The position numbers and the translations under genes were made by a program. Below are positions 32,201-44,799 of a DNA stretch of 64,000 nt, piece by piece. A model generated the notes under the pieces. That model was given only the letters and a program-made list of their open reading frames with translations. It did not search any database and was not told where the DNA came from. Source of the DNA: Cyanophora paradoxa CCMP329 (taxonomy: Eukaryota > Plantae > Glaucophyta); contig QPMI01000210.1 in assembly GCA_004431415.1 (NCBI GenBank), positions 62,001 to 126,000 of the forward strand, read 5' to 3'. Each line of letters begins with the position of its first letter. Position 1 is the stretch's first letter.

Positions 32201-35200
32201 CTGCCGCCGCGGCGCGCCCATCCGCCTCGCCCGCCGCCCGCTCCGCAGTCTCCGCGCGCTCGGTCGCCCGGCCCGCCGCGGCGGCGGCCTCGGCGGCCGC
32301 TGCCTCGGCCTGCTCGCGGGCGGCTTCGGCGGCGGCGCGCCGATCCTCGGCGGCCGCGAGCTGCGCGGCGGCCTCCTCCAGCGCCGCCTGAGCCGCCGCG
32401 AGGGCCGCGGCGTGCGCCGCCGCCTCCTCTTCGGCCGCCCGGTCGGCCGCCGCCCGCGCCTCCGCCTCCTCGCGCGACGCCTCCGCCGCAGCCCGCTCGC
32501 TTGCGGCGGCCGCCCGCACCGCCTCTGCCGCCGATCGGTCCGCGGCGGCCGATGCGGCGAGCGCCTCCGCGTCGGCCCGAGCGGCCTCCGCCAACTCGCG
32601 GTCCGCAGCTGCCTCCGAGGCGAGGGCCTCGGCGGCGACCCGCGCCCCCTCGGCCGCCACGCGCGCCTCCTCCGCGCCCCGCATCTGCCTTGCCGCCTCT
32701 TCCGCCGCCTGCCGCGCCACCCGCGCTGCCTCCGCCTCCTGCGGGGGGCGATCGGCGTAAGGGGGGCCACGCGGCGCCGCGGCTGCGCCGGACCCGCGCG
32801 TCGGCCTCGGAAAGCGCCTCGCGAGCCTCTGCAAGCGCCTGCGGCCGGGTCAGAGAAAAGCCGGGGAGGAGAATTCCGCCCCGGCGCACCGCCCTCGCGT
32901 CCCGCGCGTCGGCAGCTGCCTCGTCACGCGCCGCCTCCGCTGCCGCCAGCGACTCCCGAAGGCTTCCGGCGACCTGCCGCCGCGTCACGCCGGAGCCGAG
33001 AGCGCTCAGGAGGGGCGCCGCGCCTGCTGGGCGGTCTCCGTGCGGGCGCGCTCGGCGTCGAGGGCGCGGCGGGCGGCCTCCGCCTCGCCCAGGGCCGCCC
33101 GCAGCGCCTCCGCCGCCTGCAGGGCGCGGGACTCCGCCTCCCGCAGCGCCGCCCGCGCCGCCTCGAGCTCCTCTGCCGAGGGCCCCTGCGCAGCCTCCGC
33201 CTGCCCCTCCGAGGCCGGCTGCGAGGCCTGCAGCGGCGCCAGCGCCGACCCCGACGCCGACGCGGCCGGCCACTGAATGTCCTGCGTCGCGTCCTGAGGC
33301 GCGGCGGGGTCGGCGGCGCGGGCGAGCGAGGGGTTGCGCGAGAGAAGTCGAACCGAATCCAGGAGCGGGGCGCTCGGCTGCAGAAGCGCCCCCGAGCTGG
33401 CCTGCGTGCCGCTCTGGGCGGCCCCTTGGGACTGGGCGGACCCGCCAGCGTGCAAGGCCTCCAGCGCCCGCAGGCGCGCCACCTCGCCCCGCAGCTCCTG
33501 CAGCTCCTGACGGGGCGTGAGGCGGGCGGCGCGGCGCGAGCCGGAGGCCGCCCGGCCCGCGCACCGTCTGGGCCGAGACGAGCCCCTGAGCGGCGCTCTG
33601 GTTCGCTTCCTCCCGCGCCCGCAGCGCCGCCCGCGCCTCGGCGGCCTCTTTCGTGGCGTCCTCGAGGGCGGCCGCCGCCGCCTGCGCCTCGCCCCGGGCG
33701 GTCTGCAGCTCCTGCCGTGCGGTGATGTAAGGGAACCAGAGGGAATGCGAGAGGAGCGGGCCACGCACCCCCTCGAGGCGAGCAATGCAGGCCCGCAGCG
33801 ACGTCGACTCCTGCAAGGCAACCATCAGCGAGACAGGGGCGCTCGGGCCGGGCCGGCTGCGCACGGCGCCGTTGCCCTGCGCGGCGGCCCGCGCGGCGGC
33901 CGCGTCTGCGGCGGCCTGCTCGGCGGCGGTGCGGGCGGCGTTGAAGTTGCTGGCCGCGGCCGCCGCCATCTCCTCCGCCACCCGCAGCTCCGCACGAAGC
34001 CGCTCCGCTTCGTCCTGCAGCGCGGCGGCCGGCTCCGCCGCGGCCGCGGCCGCCTGCTCTGCCTCCTGCGCCCTCCGGCGCGCTTCGGCCGCCTCGTTCT
34101 CCGCGGCTGAGGCCCTCGCGAGGGCCGCCGCGAGGCGTGCATTCAGCTCCGCCCGCTCCGCGTCCGCGGCCTCCGCCGCGGCCGCCGCCTCGGGCCCGCC
34201 GTGCAGGGCCGCCTCGGCGCGCCTCAGCCGATCCTGGGACTCCTGCAGGAGCATCTGCGTGCGGAAGAGCGTCTCCTCCGCGTCCCGCCTCCCGCACGCC
34301 TCTGCGCGCGCCCGCCGCTCCGCTTCCTGCAGTTGCAGGCGTACAGCCGCGTCCACCACAGCGTCCTCGCCAGCGGGCGCGGGCTCCGTCTGCGCTTCCG
34401 CTTCTTGCACGACGCATCTAGTGCGGGCCGCGGACTCGAGCACCAAGTCCGCCGTGGCGGCGGCGACCTTCGCTTCGGCTTCCGAAAGAGCAGCCTGAAA
34501 AAGCGAAGATACAGTTACGCGCGGAGCTTGGAGAATACGACCGGGACGTACCTGGGCCAACGCAAGAGCGTCCTGCAGCGACCGTGCTTGGGAATCCGCA
34601 GTGTGCAGTTGTTCCTGAGGCGGCGCTTAGCGGCCGGGACAAAACCGCGGGGGATTGAAGGGCACCTTTAGCGCGGAATCGCTCTCTTCCTGCTGAGCTT
34701 TGAAGCGAGAAAGAGCCTCTTCCAGCTCCGCGCGAACCGCTTCGACGGCGGAATCGCGCTCCGTGGTCATCCGCGCGGTCAAGGCGTCGAGCTCGCCGCG
34801 GAGGCGCGCAGCGATCCCTCGCTCATGCTCCAGCTGACTCTTCAACTCTTGCACGCGACTTTCATCGCGTTCTTCGCCGGAGCTGCGCCTGTGTTATCAA
34901 CGCACACCAGGCGAAGGATCATCTGCCGCGGGAACTGCCCGGGCGAGGCCACACTGAACGCACTCTGCTGATCGGAACGTAGATCGCAAGGTTTAGGAGG
35001 GCGCAGCGGCGGCGGGGGAAAGGTCAGCCGATTTGAATGGATTGCGGGCGCGGCTGCGCACCGGCGAGCCTGGGGAGGTTCGCGAAAGCCAGCTGGAACT
35101 GTAGCTCTGCGAGCCGCTGCCTCAGCAACGCGCTTCACTGCGTGATTTGCGATGCACACCTGCACAGCTCTCGCGAAGTTTGTCGTTGTCTGCGAGGACC

Positions 35201-35400
35201 TGTTTGTAGAGTCGCAGCGAGACGACTTCATCTTTGCTGGAGGCCGGCATCGCGTTTCGCCGCGTGCCACGGTGCTTGCCAACACAGTGTACCCCACACT
35301 GCGAACGCAGCGCGGCTTCCTGCGCCGCACTGCGAGCCTCCGGAGCGGGAGAGCTGCCTCAAAACGATCCAGTGGTGGTTGCAAATGTCTTAGAGCATCC
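29235..35400 (-). CDS. Very long Ala/Glu-rich coiled-coil protein with C-terminal tandem BRCT domains
   Basis: EAA-rich heptad exons at 31-35 kb, then VVLVTGM..MVRDLGGE..ATHFVAP..SVKTLAGVLTGRWLLPVEWLEASHRAGRF (BRCT signature) and a second degenerate repeat (QFGGGRLL..ADLVVV..FSWD). Start approximate. Confidence 0.7.
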
Positions 35401-35525
35401 CTCCCGAACGTTGTCCCGCGGGAATCGAACGGCGCCCCGCAAGACGCCTTCACGCGAGCGCCCGTACCCCTCACTTGCAAGTTCGTAGGGGCTCGCGGCT
35501 CGCCGGGCTCCCTGTATCAGCTGCA

Positions 35526-38500
35526 ATGCTAGCCGCCGGAGGTACCGCACGTCTGAGGGTTCGTACATGTCCGCGGACCCGAGCCGATGGCGCCAGCGAT
35601 TGCGCCAGCCCCACGTGTGCCTTCGGGCGCATGTGGCGCATTTCCCTGTTGGGGGAGGCCACGCTAGGCGGAATGCTTGAGCTTTAGAGCATCCCCTTCT
35701 CTCCGCCTGACCCGCCCTCGCAGAGCGCCCATGCGGCGTCCGCAGCGAGACGCGCGATGGCGACCAAGGTCCCCATGAGCCGTTTTGAGAAGGACAAGTA
35801 TATCGACGATGCGTACGCCAAGATCGAGACAAGGCTCGGCGTCGTCCGCAAGAGGCTCGCGCGGCCTCTGACTCTGGCCGAAAAGGTCAGCACGAGTGTC
35901 GCGTCCCTACGGCGTTGGGTGTATCTATCGCCTCCTGAAGCTCGCCGTAGGTTGTATATGGGCATCTCGATGAGCCCGACAAGGCTGAGATCGTCCGCGG
36001 GAAGTCGTACCTCAAGCTGCGGCCCGACCGCGTGGCCATGCAGGACGCCACCGCCCAGATGGCTGTGCTGCAGTTCATCTCTTCTGGCCTCCCGAGAACC
36101 GCTGTCCCGACCACAATTCACTGCGACCACCTCATCCAGGCCCAGCTCGGCGCCGACAAGGACCTGCAGACCGCCGTCGACCTTAACCGCGAAGTCTACG
36201 ACTTCCTCGCCTCGGCCGCAGCGAAGTACGGCATGGGCTTTTGGCGTCCGGGCTCGGGCATCATCCACCAGGTCGGCGAAACCAGGCGACCGATCCTCCA
36301 TGCGCCGCGCGCCCTTGACGCGCCCCGCGCCCGCGCGCAGATTGTGCTGGAGAACTACGGATTCCCCGGTGGCATGATGATCGGCACGGACTCGCACACG
36401 CCGAACGCGGGCGGCCTGGGCATGGTCGCGGTCGGCGTGGGCGGCGCGGACGCTGTGGACGTCATGGCGGGGATCCCCTGGGAGCTCAAGGCGCCAAAGG
36501 TCATCGGCGTGAAGCTCACGGGCAAGCTGAGCAGCTGGACGAGCCCTAAGGACGTGATCCTGAAGCTCGCCGGCATGCTCACCGTGAAGGGCGGCACGGG
36601 CGCGATCGTCGAGTACTTCGGCCCGGGCGTCGAGAGCATGTCCTGCACCGGTGCGCGGCGCGCGTTGCGGGGCTCCGGGCCGCCTCCCTCTTCCATCCGT
36701 GACCGTTCTTCCGCAGGCATGGCCACCATCTGCAACATGGGCGCCGAGGCAAGCGCGGGAGCCGCGCGCAAGTTGCGCACAAGCCGCCTTTGCTGACGCG
36801 GCGCCGCAGATCGGAGCGACGACGTCGATTTTCCCTTACAACCAGCGCATGGCGGATTACCTGAGATGCACAGAGCGCGCCGGCATCGCCAGGTGCCGTC
36901 CCGCGCCCTCCCTTCCTTTTTGTTCCTTTACCGAGAACGGCGCAGCCTGGCGGACGCGTTCAAGGCGAACCTGGTGGCGGACGCCGGCTCGCAGTACGAC
37001 GAGACCTACGAGATCGACCTCTCCACGCTCGAGCCGCACATCAACGGTGCCTGCCCGCCGCCTTCGCGCCCGCCCGCGGCGCTTGCCGACGGGGCCGCCG
37101 GCAGGCCCGTTCACGCCGGACCTGGCGCACCCGCTCTCGAAGTTCGCGGAGGCGGTGAAGGCGAACGACTGGCCGGAGAAGCTGACGGTCGGGCTCATCG
37201 GGTCGTGCACGAACTCGTCGTACGAGGACATGAGCCGGGCGGCCTCGGTGGCGCAGCAGGCCCTCCAGCACGGCGTCAAGGCCCAGGCCATCCTCTCCGT
37301 CACCCCGGGCTCCGAGCAGATCCGCGCCACCATCGAGCGCGACGGCCAGCTCAAGACCTTCGAGGACGCCGGTCCGCCCCGCCGCCCCCCTCCCCTGCTT
37401 TCCCTGACCCCGCCGGCGCAGGCGGCATGGTGATGGCGAACGCGTGCGGCCCCTGCATCGGCCAGTGGAAGCGCACGGACCTGCCGCCCAACGAGAAGGT
37501 GCGGGGGGCGTCGCCCCGGGCGGGCGGCCGCCCGCTCAGCGCTCTGCAGAACTCGATCATCACGTCGTTCAACCGGAACTTCACGGCGCGGAACGACGGG
37601 AACCCGAACACGCACGCCTTCGTGGCCTCGCCGGAGATCGTGACGGCCTTTGCCATCGCGGGGCGCATCACCTTCAACCCCGAGAAGGACGAGCTCGTCG
37701 GCAAGGACGGCAAGAAGTTCAAGCTCAAGGCGCCCCCGCCCGCCTCGTCCCCCTCCAGCTCCCTGCTGACGCGGCGGGGCCGGTAGAGCCCGTTCGGGGA
37801 CGAGCTGCCGAAGCGCGGCTTCGATGAGGGCCGCAACACCTTCCAGGCGCCCCCCGCCGATGGCAGCTCCGTCTCCGTCAAGGTTCCCGCTCCCCGCTCC
37901 CCTTCTCCCCCCCCCCCGCCTCCGCCCCCCGGCTTCCTGACGGGGCAGGGCAGGTGGACCCGAAGTCGGACCGGCTGCAGCTGCTGGCGCCGTTCGCCGC
38001 GTGGGACGGGAAGGACCCAGCGGACCTGCCCATCCTGCTGAAGATCAAGGGCAAGTGCACGACAGACCACATCTCGATGGCCGGCCCCTGGCTGAAGTAC
38101 CGGGGCCACCTGGACAACATCTCGAACAACATGTTCATCGGGGCGATCAACTTCGAGAACGGGAAGGCGAACAGCGTGAAGAACCTGCTGACGGGGCAGT
38201 ACGACACGGTGCCGGCGGTGGCGCGGGCGTACAAGGCGGCCGGCCTGCGCTGGGTGGTGGTGGGGGACGAGAACTACGGGGAGGGGAGCTCGCGCGAGCA
38301 CGCCGCCCTTGAGCCGCGCCACCTCGGCGGCTGCGCCATCATCGTCAAGTCCTTCGCCCGCATCCACGAGACGAACCTCAAGAAGCAGGGCCCGCCCGCC
38401 CCGCGCCCCCTCCCACCTCCTCCCTCTCAATGCATTTCCGCAGGCATGCTCGCGCTCACCTTCGCGAACCCCGCCGACTACGACAAGATCGACCCGACGG

Positions 38501-38763
38501 ACAAGATCACGATCAAGGGCGTCACGAGCTTCGCGCCGGGCAAGCCCCTGGCGCTCCTCGTGAAAAAGGCGGACGGGCGGACGGTCGAGATTCCCGTCAA
38601 CCACACGTACAACGAGCAGCAGATAGAGTGGTTCAAGAGCGGGTACGTCTGCGCCCGCCGCGCCCCCTAGCCCCCCTGACCGGAGGTCCTCACCGGGGTC
38701 TGGGTACTGCGGTACAGGTCGGCCTTGAATCGAATGAACGCCGTCAACGCCGCACGGAAGTGA
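35526..38763 (+). CDS. ACO2: Aconitate hydratase, mitochondrial type
   Basis: [95 protein letters not shown]. The first exon is uncertain. Confidence 0.97.
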
Positions 38764-39044
38764 GGGCCTGGCCCGGAGGCGCGCGCTTTCTTGCTCGCTC
38801 TGCATTTTTCATGTGCTAGAAGCAGTTAATTTTGTCTCTTTCTCCCGTTCGCGCGTCCGGCTGTAAGTAGGGCTTCAAACCGGCGCCCTGTGTATACGTA
38901 CGAATTCAAATTCAATGCAGTTCTCTATGCAGGAACTTCGGAAGGCTGCGATCATCGCATGCAGTTACCACGTTGATTAAATCAAATGGCGCGGCGCGCG
39001 CGTGCCGGGGCCTGAAGCTACAGGCGGGGGCGGGGCGGGGCGAG

Positions 39045-40832
39045 TCAGAGCTTGGCGAGGACGGCGTCGGCGCCGGAGGCGACGAGGGCGGGGGAGCCCG
39101 GCTGCTCGATGCCCATGTACTTGACGACGCCGTCCTCCACGATCATCGCGTACCGCGACGAGCGCATCCCCATCCCTGCCCCGCGCCCCCTCAGAGCCCT
39201 GCCGGCGCCTTCCCGGCGGGCGCCGCACCGTTGGGGATGAGGTTCTTGTCGAGTCCGATCGCGGTGGCGAAGTCGGCGGAGCCGTCGGCGAGCATGAGGA
39301 GGCCCTTGGCGCCGGCCGCGACGCCCCAGTTGGCCATCACTGCCGGGGGCGCCCGTCAGCGGGGCGGCGGGGCGGGAGGGGGCGGCGGGGCGGGCCGTAG
39401 GCGTCGTTGACGGCGATGCAGGCGACGGTGTCGACGCCCTTGGCCTTGATCTGCTCGTACTTCTCCACGAAGCCCGGCAGGTGCGCCAGCGAGCACGTCG
39501 GCGTGTACTGCCCCCTCCCCCGTCACTCACCAAGCAACGCCCCAATCCAAGCCACTCACCGCCCCCGGCACCGCAAAGACCACCACCTTCTTGCCCTTGA
39601 AGATCTGCCCCAGTGTCCCCGGCTCAGCGGCGCCGCATGCGAGCGGGCGGGGGTCCGACAGTCGGGGCGGGGCGGGGGGCGCCTGGTCGGTGGTGAGCTC
39701 CTCGGCCTTGGCGGGTTTGCCCTCCAGCGAGCAGGCCTCCAGGGCGTCCGCCGAGATCGTCTTCAGCTTAATGCCCTGCGGGGCGCGGCGAGGAGGCTCA
39801 GCGGAGGGCGCAGGTGCGTGGGGCAGAGGAAGCAGGGGGCGCGCCATGGGGATGGCCTCGCCCTCCTTGATGGGCGCGCTGCGGACGAGGCCCGGGACCT
39901 TCTTCGCGAACTCCTCGATCGCCTTCGCGAGGTCGACGTCCAGCTGCGAGAGGCCCCCGCAGTCGTGCGTGCTCAGCGTGATCTCCACCCTCTGCTCGCA
40001 CCGCGCTTAGCCCCGCCGGCGCCCGCCACCCCGCCGCGCGCGGCGTCCGGCGCACGTTCCAGACGTTGAACCACTCGGGGTGATGGCACATGGCCTCCGC
40101 CTTGTCAGCGACCTGCGTGCGCAGCGCGTCGAAACCGGGGCCCGCGGTTGTTGACCCCAGGCGTGCGCGGCGGCGGGCCGCACGCGGTTCATGAAGTTCC
40201 ACGCCTGCTTGAAATCGCTGAACTGGAACGTCTTCTTGATCGCGTCCCGCCCTGCGCACGCCGCGAGCAACTCCGGTTAGGAAAGGCCAGGGCTAGATTC
40301 TGAGCTCAAGCGCTGGGCTGAAGCTACGGACCGGGAACAAGCTCCCAGCCGGGCAGACCAGTGAGCGCGGACTTCTTGGCCTCAGCGTCGAGAAGAGTGG
40401 GCCTATGCGCACGCGTGAGTGGTGCTAAACGAGCGCGCGCGCACGCTAACGTAGCAGCACCCGCGCACCGAGCCATGGCCACGACGGAGAACGAGCGCCG
40501 AGAGAAGACGGGTGCGACGTCGAACGATCTCTGCGAGAAGAAGGAATTCCCGCTCTTCACAGACGCGCCGCGGAACGAGGACTTGGCGACTGCGCGTGGC
40601 CATGGATAAGCGACGCGCGCGAGCGCGTACGCACGCAGCGCGCACCTGCCCGAACGACCTTGCACGCGGTGCGGCTGGCAAGAGGAAGAGAGCGCCGGGC
40701 CTGCGAGGCAGCTAGCGGACGCGTAATGATGAGGTCGGCGTAAGCCAGCCGGCGCAGCGCGCGGAGGCTAGGCTCAGCTCGGCACGCTCGCGCACCAACC
40801 GAGGCGACGGCGAAGGCAGTCTCAGTGTTCAT
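39045..40832 (-). CDS. Fusion protein: transit peptide + pterin-4a-carbinolamine dehydratase (PCD) + type II (Prx5-like) peroxiredoxin
   Basis: PCD: [61 protein letters not shown]. Prx: [41 protein letters not shown]. The junction lies inside one exon. Confidence 0.88.
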
Positions 40833-41047
40833 GGAGTTCACACAGCCGGATGATCGCGGGTACGGGAGCCTTCAAGAGAAAGGGGTACCCCAGTTCGCTC
40901 AATCAACCCATATCGCTCGACCACCGTGCGTCTGTGCCCTTCCCGCTCGCTCGCGGGCCCAGCACTCGCGTTCTTAGCACTCCTGAGGTGGACTGGGTGT
41001 GGGAGCTTGTAACCGCTGGACCGGTCGCTGACTAGTGCGCGCCCAGA

Positions 41048-41918
41048 TGGCCTTCGTCGCCTCGACCCCCGTCGTTGCCCGCAAGGCGTTCGCCGGCAAG
41101 CAGATCGCCTCGGCCTCGTGCCCGGCGACCGCCCCGGTTTCGACGGTGAGCTGGGAGCTGGATGGCGACCGAGGGTCCAGTCCGGCGGCAGCTGACCGGC
41201 ACGTCTTTTTCCCGCGAGTAGGTCGTGAAGGCCGAGGCCGCGCAGCCCAAGAACACCCGCCGGTCCGTCGGAAGTCTCGGAACTTCGAGAAACCTTCCGA
41301 TGGATTTACTGAATATGGCGCGCGCAGTGAGTTCTTCTCGGCGGCGGCTGCCGTGACCACCTTCCTCGCCCTTCCCTCGGCCTCGTTCGCCGCTTTCGGT
41401 TCGTCGAATCTTCGTTGATTGCCTGCTTTCGAACCATCCGACATTTTCTGACCGTGCTTTCAGGCGAGGGCGCCCAGATCCGCGTCTTCGAGCAGTACGT
41501 TGGCGGCAAGGAGAGCCAGGGCGAGCCCCTCGCTGAGCGCGATGCGGCCGCCGCGGTTGAGCGGTGAGCGAAGTCTTCGAAGGCGAAACGCGCCGGCATC
41601 TTACTCGAGTCTCGCAGCATCAACGCCACCCGCAAGAAGGTTGAGCGCGCGGTGAAGAAGGCCGAGAAGGGCTTCTGGGCTGACCTCCGTGGCGACCTCC
41701 GTCTCTTCACTGCCAGCCTCGGCAACGACGTCAAGATCGTTGCCGCGGCGCAGCCCGAGAACGCGGAGCGCCTTGATTCCCTGAAGAAGGAGGTGTACGC
41801 GGCTTTCGTCGATGCCGACAACGTCGCGAAGGCGGAGGCGTCGCCCTTCGAGGCTGCGGGCCACGTGTCGAAGGCGCTTAAGGCGCTCGACGCCCTCATC
41901 GATGCCATCCGCGCGTAA
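41048..41918 (+). CDS. psbQ: PsbQ-like thylakoid-lumen protein with bipartite (stromal + Tat) targeting peptide
   Basis: MAFVASTPVVARKAF transit peptide, TRREF twin-arginine motif, hydrophobic stretch ending SFA, and a four-helix mature domain (FWADLRGDLRLFTASLGNDV..ALKALDALI). Confidence 0.65.
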
Positions 41919-42538
41919 GCGCTTCGCGAAGGCGCGGGGCGCATAGGGCCAGCCGGTTAGCCTGCTCCCGCGTTTGGTCGTCGCCTCCTTTCTTTTTCCT
42001 TCCGATAGAGCGGGGTTTGTGCTGTACCTGTATCTAGTTGAGGACCATTCTGCAGTTTCGCAGACGCATAATAACTTGGACCACTTTCAATTCTCTTGCT
42101 GCTGGAGGGCGATGGCATGTTGCACGGTCTTAGCAGATAAACTCCTGGGATGAGCAAGCTTTAAGCTATGGCATGCGCATATCGAAGCACAAAATCCGGA
42201 ATTAGAAGGTGATGCCATGATCATGTCATGATAGCGCGGTGGGTACTTTCTCGATAACGTTAGAATTCAGGTTGGCAGTTACGTTGATTCAGTTAGAATT
42301 CAGCAGAAAGCGCAGCCAGCGGCGAGCGATTCGCCGTCGCCGATGCGCGCGTACGCGGTTTAATCGAGTATAGCTAGTCCATGCCGTACGACAGCCGGGC
42401 GCATCATCCGACCTAGCTATGGTCTGGAGGGGTACGGGTGCGCATGCCGGCTCGCTTACGGCTCGCATCGTGGCGCGGTTTCTCAGCTACCTTCGCGTGC
42501 GAGAACTGCATCTACGTCGTTTGGCATCAGCGGCGATC

Positions 42539-44369
42539 ATGCCCCCGAACGCCTTGACCATGGAGGACCGGCTGCGCGGCGCTCTTTGGGCTTTTTTCAT
42601 CGGAGACGCGCTGTCGATGCCCGTACATTGGTACTACAACACTGCTGCGCTCCGGCAAGGTGCCCAAGAAGCTCGCTCCGTCCAGCGCTCCGACCAGCGC
42701 GGCATGGCCAGCGCTGCAGCTGACGCGTATGCTGGCAGATTATGGCGTCGTAAAAGACTACTTCGCGCCGAAGAACCCGCATCCCGGTGCGCTTGTCGCC
42801 CTCAGCGGCTCGCACGTGCACGCGGCACGCTGGAACATCGCACGCCGGTCGAGCTTTTACTATTCCAGTGCTCACGCTCGCGCGTGCCGCAGACTCGATT
42901 CTCTGGCGCTCCAAGATCATGGACGCGCAATCAATTCGTGCGCCGCGGCCCCAGCCAGGCCCCAGGCCCCCAGCCGCTGCTCTGACTTTGCGACGAAGTC
43001 GGCGACCAAGCCAAGTTCTACGGCATGCGTGGGGCGCACTATCACCAAATCTTATCCAAGGGGGACAACACGCTCAACCTGCAGGTTCGTGGCGGCGGGG
43101 CCGGCGAGCCCTTGCGCTCCAAGCTCAGCCTCTGCCGGGCAGGTGGCGCGCGTCTTCCTGCGCTCGGTGGTGGGCGCCGGGTCGTACGATCCCGACGCTT
43201 TTTTGAAGGACTACAAGGACTACATGCTGGTTCGTTCATTTCCGCATCCCTACGCCCGGATCGCGCTCAATTTACGGCAGGAGACGCCCAACAAGGACAC
43301 GTACGCGGAGGTCTACCACCGCGAGTTCTTCACGAACGTCGCCCGCGGGCTCCCTCTGAGGAAGTGCGCCGGGCCCGAGGGCCACGACACGGGTGCGCGG
43401 TCGCCCCGCGCGTCCCGTCCGCTCCTCTCGTCGACCCTGATTATGAGAGGCGCGCAGCGAGCGTCGGGGGGCTGGTCGCCATCGCGCCCCTCGCGCTGTA
43501 CCTCGCCGGCGGGCGCGTCGCGGCGCCCAACAGCGAGCGGCTCGTCTCGACGCACCTCGCGCTGACCCACCGGAGCGCCCGCCTCGACGCCGTCGCCCGC
43601 ACGTGCGCCCGTGCTTCGAACCCTCGTCTGCGCGCCGCGCCGCCTGCGAACCCTGAGCCCGTTTTGGCAGCTTCGCGAGGCTCGTCCACAGCCTGGTGGG
43701 CGGCGCAGACCCCGTCGCCGCCGTGCGGGAGGCCGCCCGCGCCGTTGGTGAGCTCCCCCGGGCGGCCCCCGTCTGCTTGGCCCGCCGCCGCCTCAGCTGC
43801 CGGCAGGGGAGGAGCGGATCGGGGGTCTGACGAGCCGGGAGCCCGGGGACGTCGTCGGCGGCCTCTATTCCACCGCATGGTCCGCCCCGCCCCGCCCTCC
43901 CCTCCCGCCCCTCGCCCCGCCCCCGACCCCCCTGCCCGCCCCGCCCGCCAGCTACATCGAGCACTCGTACCCCTCCCTCCTCTTCCTCGCGCTCAAGAAC
44001 CTGGGCGATCCCGAGAACGGTGCTTCTCACCGCCGCGTTCGCCGCGCGCCCGCCGGGCCCCTGCTCCCGACCCTGACCCGCCCCGGGCCGGCAGGCCTGG
44101 AGGCGGCGCTGGTGCAGAACGCGAACGTGGGGGGGGACAACTGCCACCGCGGAGCCGTCCTGGGCATGATCATGGGCGCCGCCTTCGGCATCCGCGCCAT
44201 CCCCCAGCGGTGCCCCGCCCGTCTCGCACCCGTCGCCCCGCGGCGGGGCCGAGCGGGTGCCGGGGGCAGGTGGATCGCCGGGCTGGCGCGGCGTGCGGAG
44301 ATCGAGAAGGAGATCGACGCGTTCGTGAAGGCCGCCCTCGCCGGCGCCCCCGTGGCCCCGGGCGTTTGA
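42539..44369 (+). CDS. ADP-ribosylglycohydrolase family protein
   Basis: RLRGALWAFFIGDALSMPVHWYY, GDNTLNLQ, DTYAEVYHREFF, NANVGGDNCHRGAVLGMIMGA. Confidence 0.88.
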
Positions 44370-44799
44370 GCCACGGGCCCATTCGCGCGCGCGCTCAGCA
44401 GGCTTCGCTATAGACGGAATTTGCGGATCCGAGGACGGACGCCAAGGTAGCATTCTCAGTGAATTCAAATACTACTATAGCGATGCGTGCCGCAGGCCCG
44501 CAGCGCGATGCGATTATTCAATTATTTTGATAGGGAACGCGATGTGTGCCGCAGCGTACGTACGCGTACGATCTATATCTATAGCTGCAGCGTGCTGGTA
44601 CAGCTTCAGGCGAATTGACTCAGCGGGGGGAGTACACAAACATCAAGGGCCTGGGTCGGCATGCGCACGCGCGCGAGCAGCTGAGCTGCAGAAGTCGAAG
44701 CAGATTCTCGATCATAACGAGCGTGAAGCGCTTCACGTTCGCGCGCTCGACTTCCAGCCGGCGGGGTTTGTCGTGGCTCGTACATGCGCCGGCCCAGAG

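Noticed and set aside
28787-33520. 1577-aa and other very long Arg/Pro/Ala/Gly-rich ORFs (e.g. 12644-15913, 13803-16916, 30366-33725)
   Set aside because: They result from stop-codon scarcity at extreme GC, and are antisense or off-frame to recognisable spliced genes.
39045-40832. PCD domain as Rubisco accumulation factor RAF2
   Set aside because: It retains the canonical HHPEW catalytic motif of active PCDs, which RAF2-type homologues lack.
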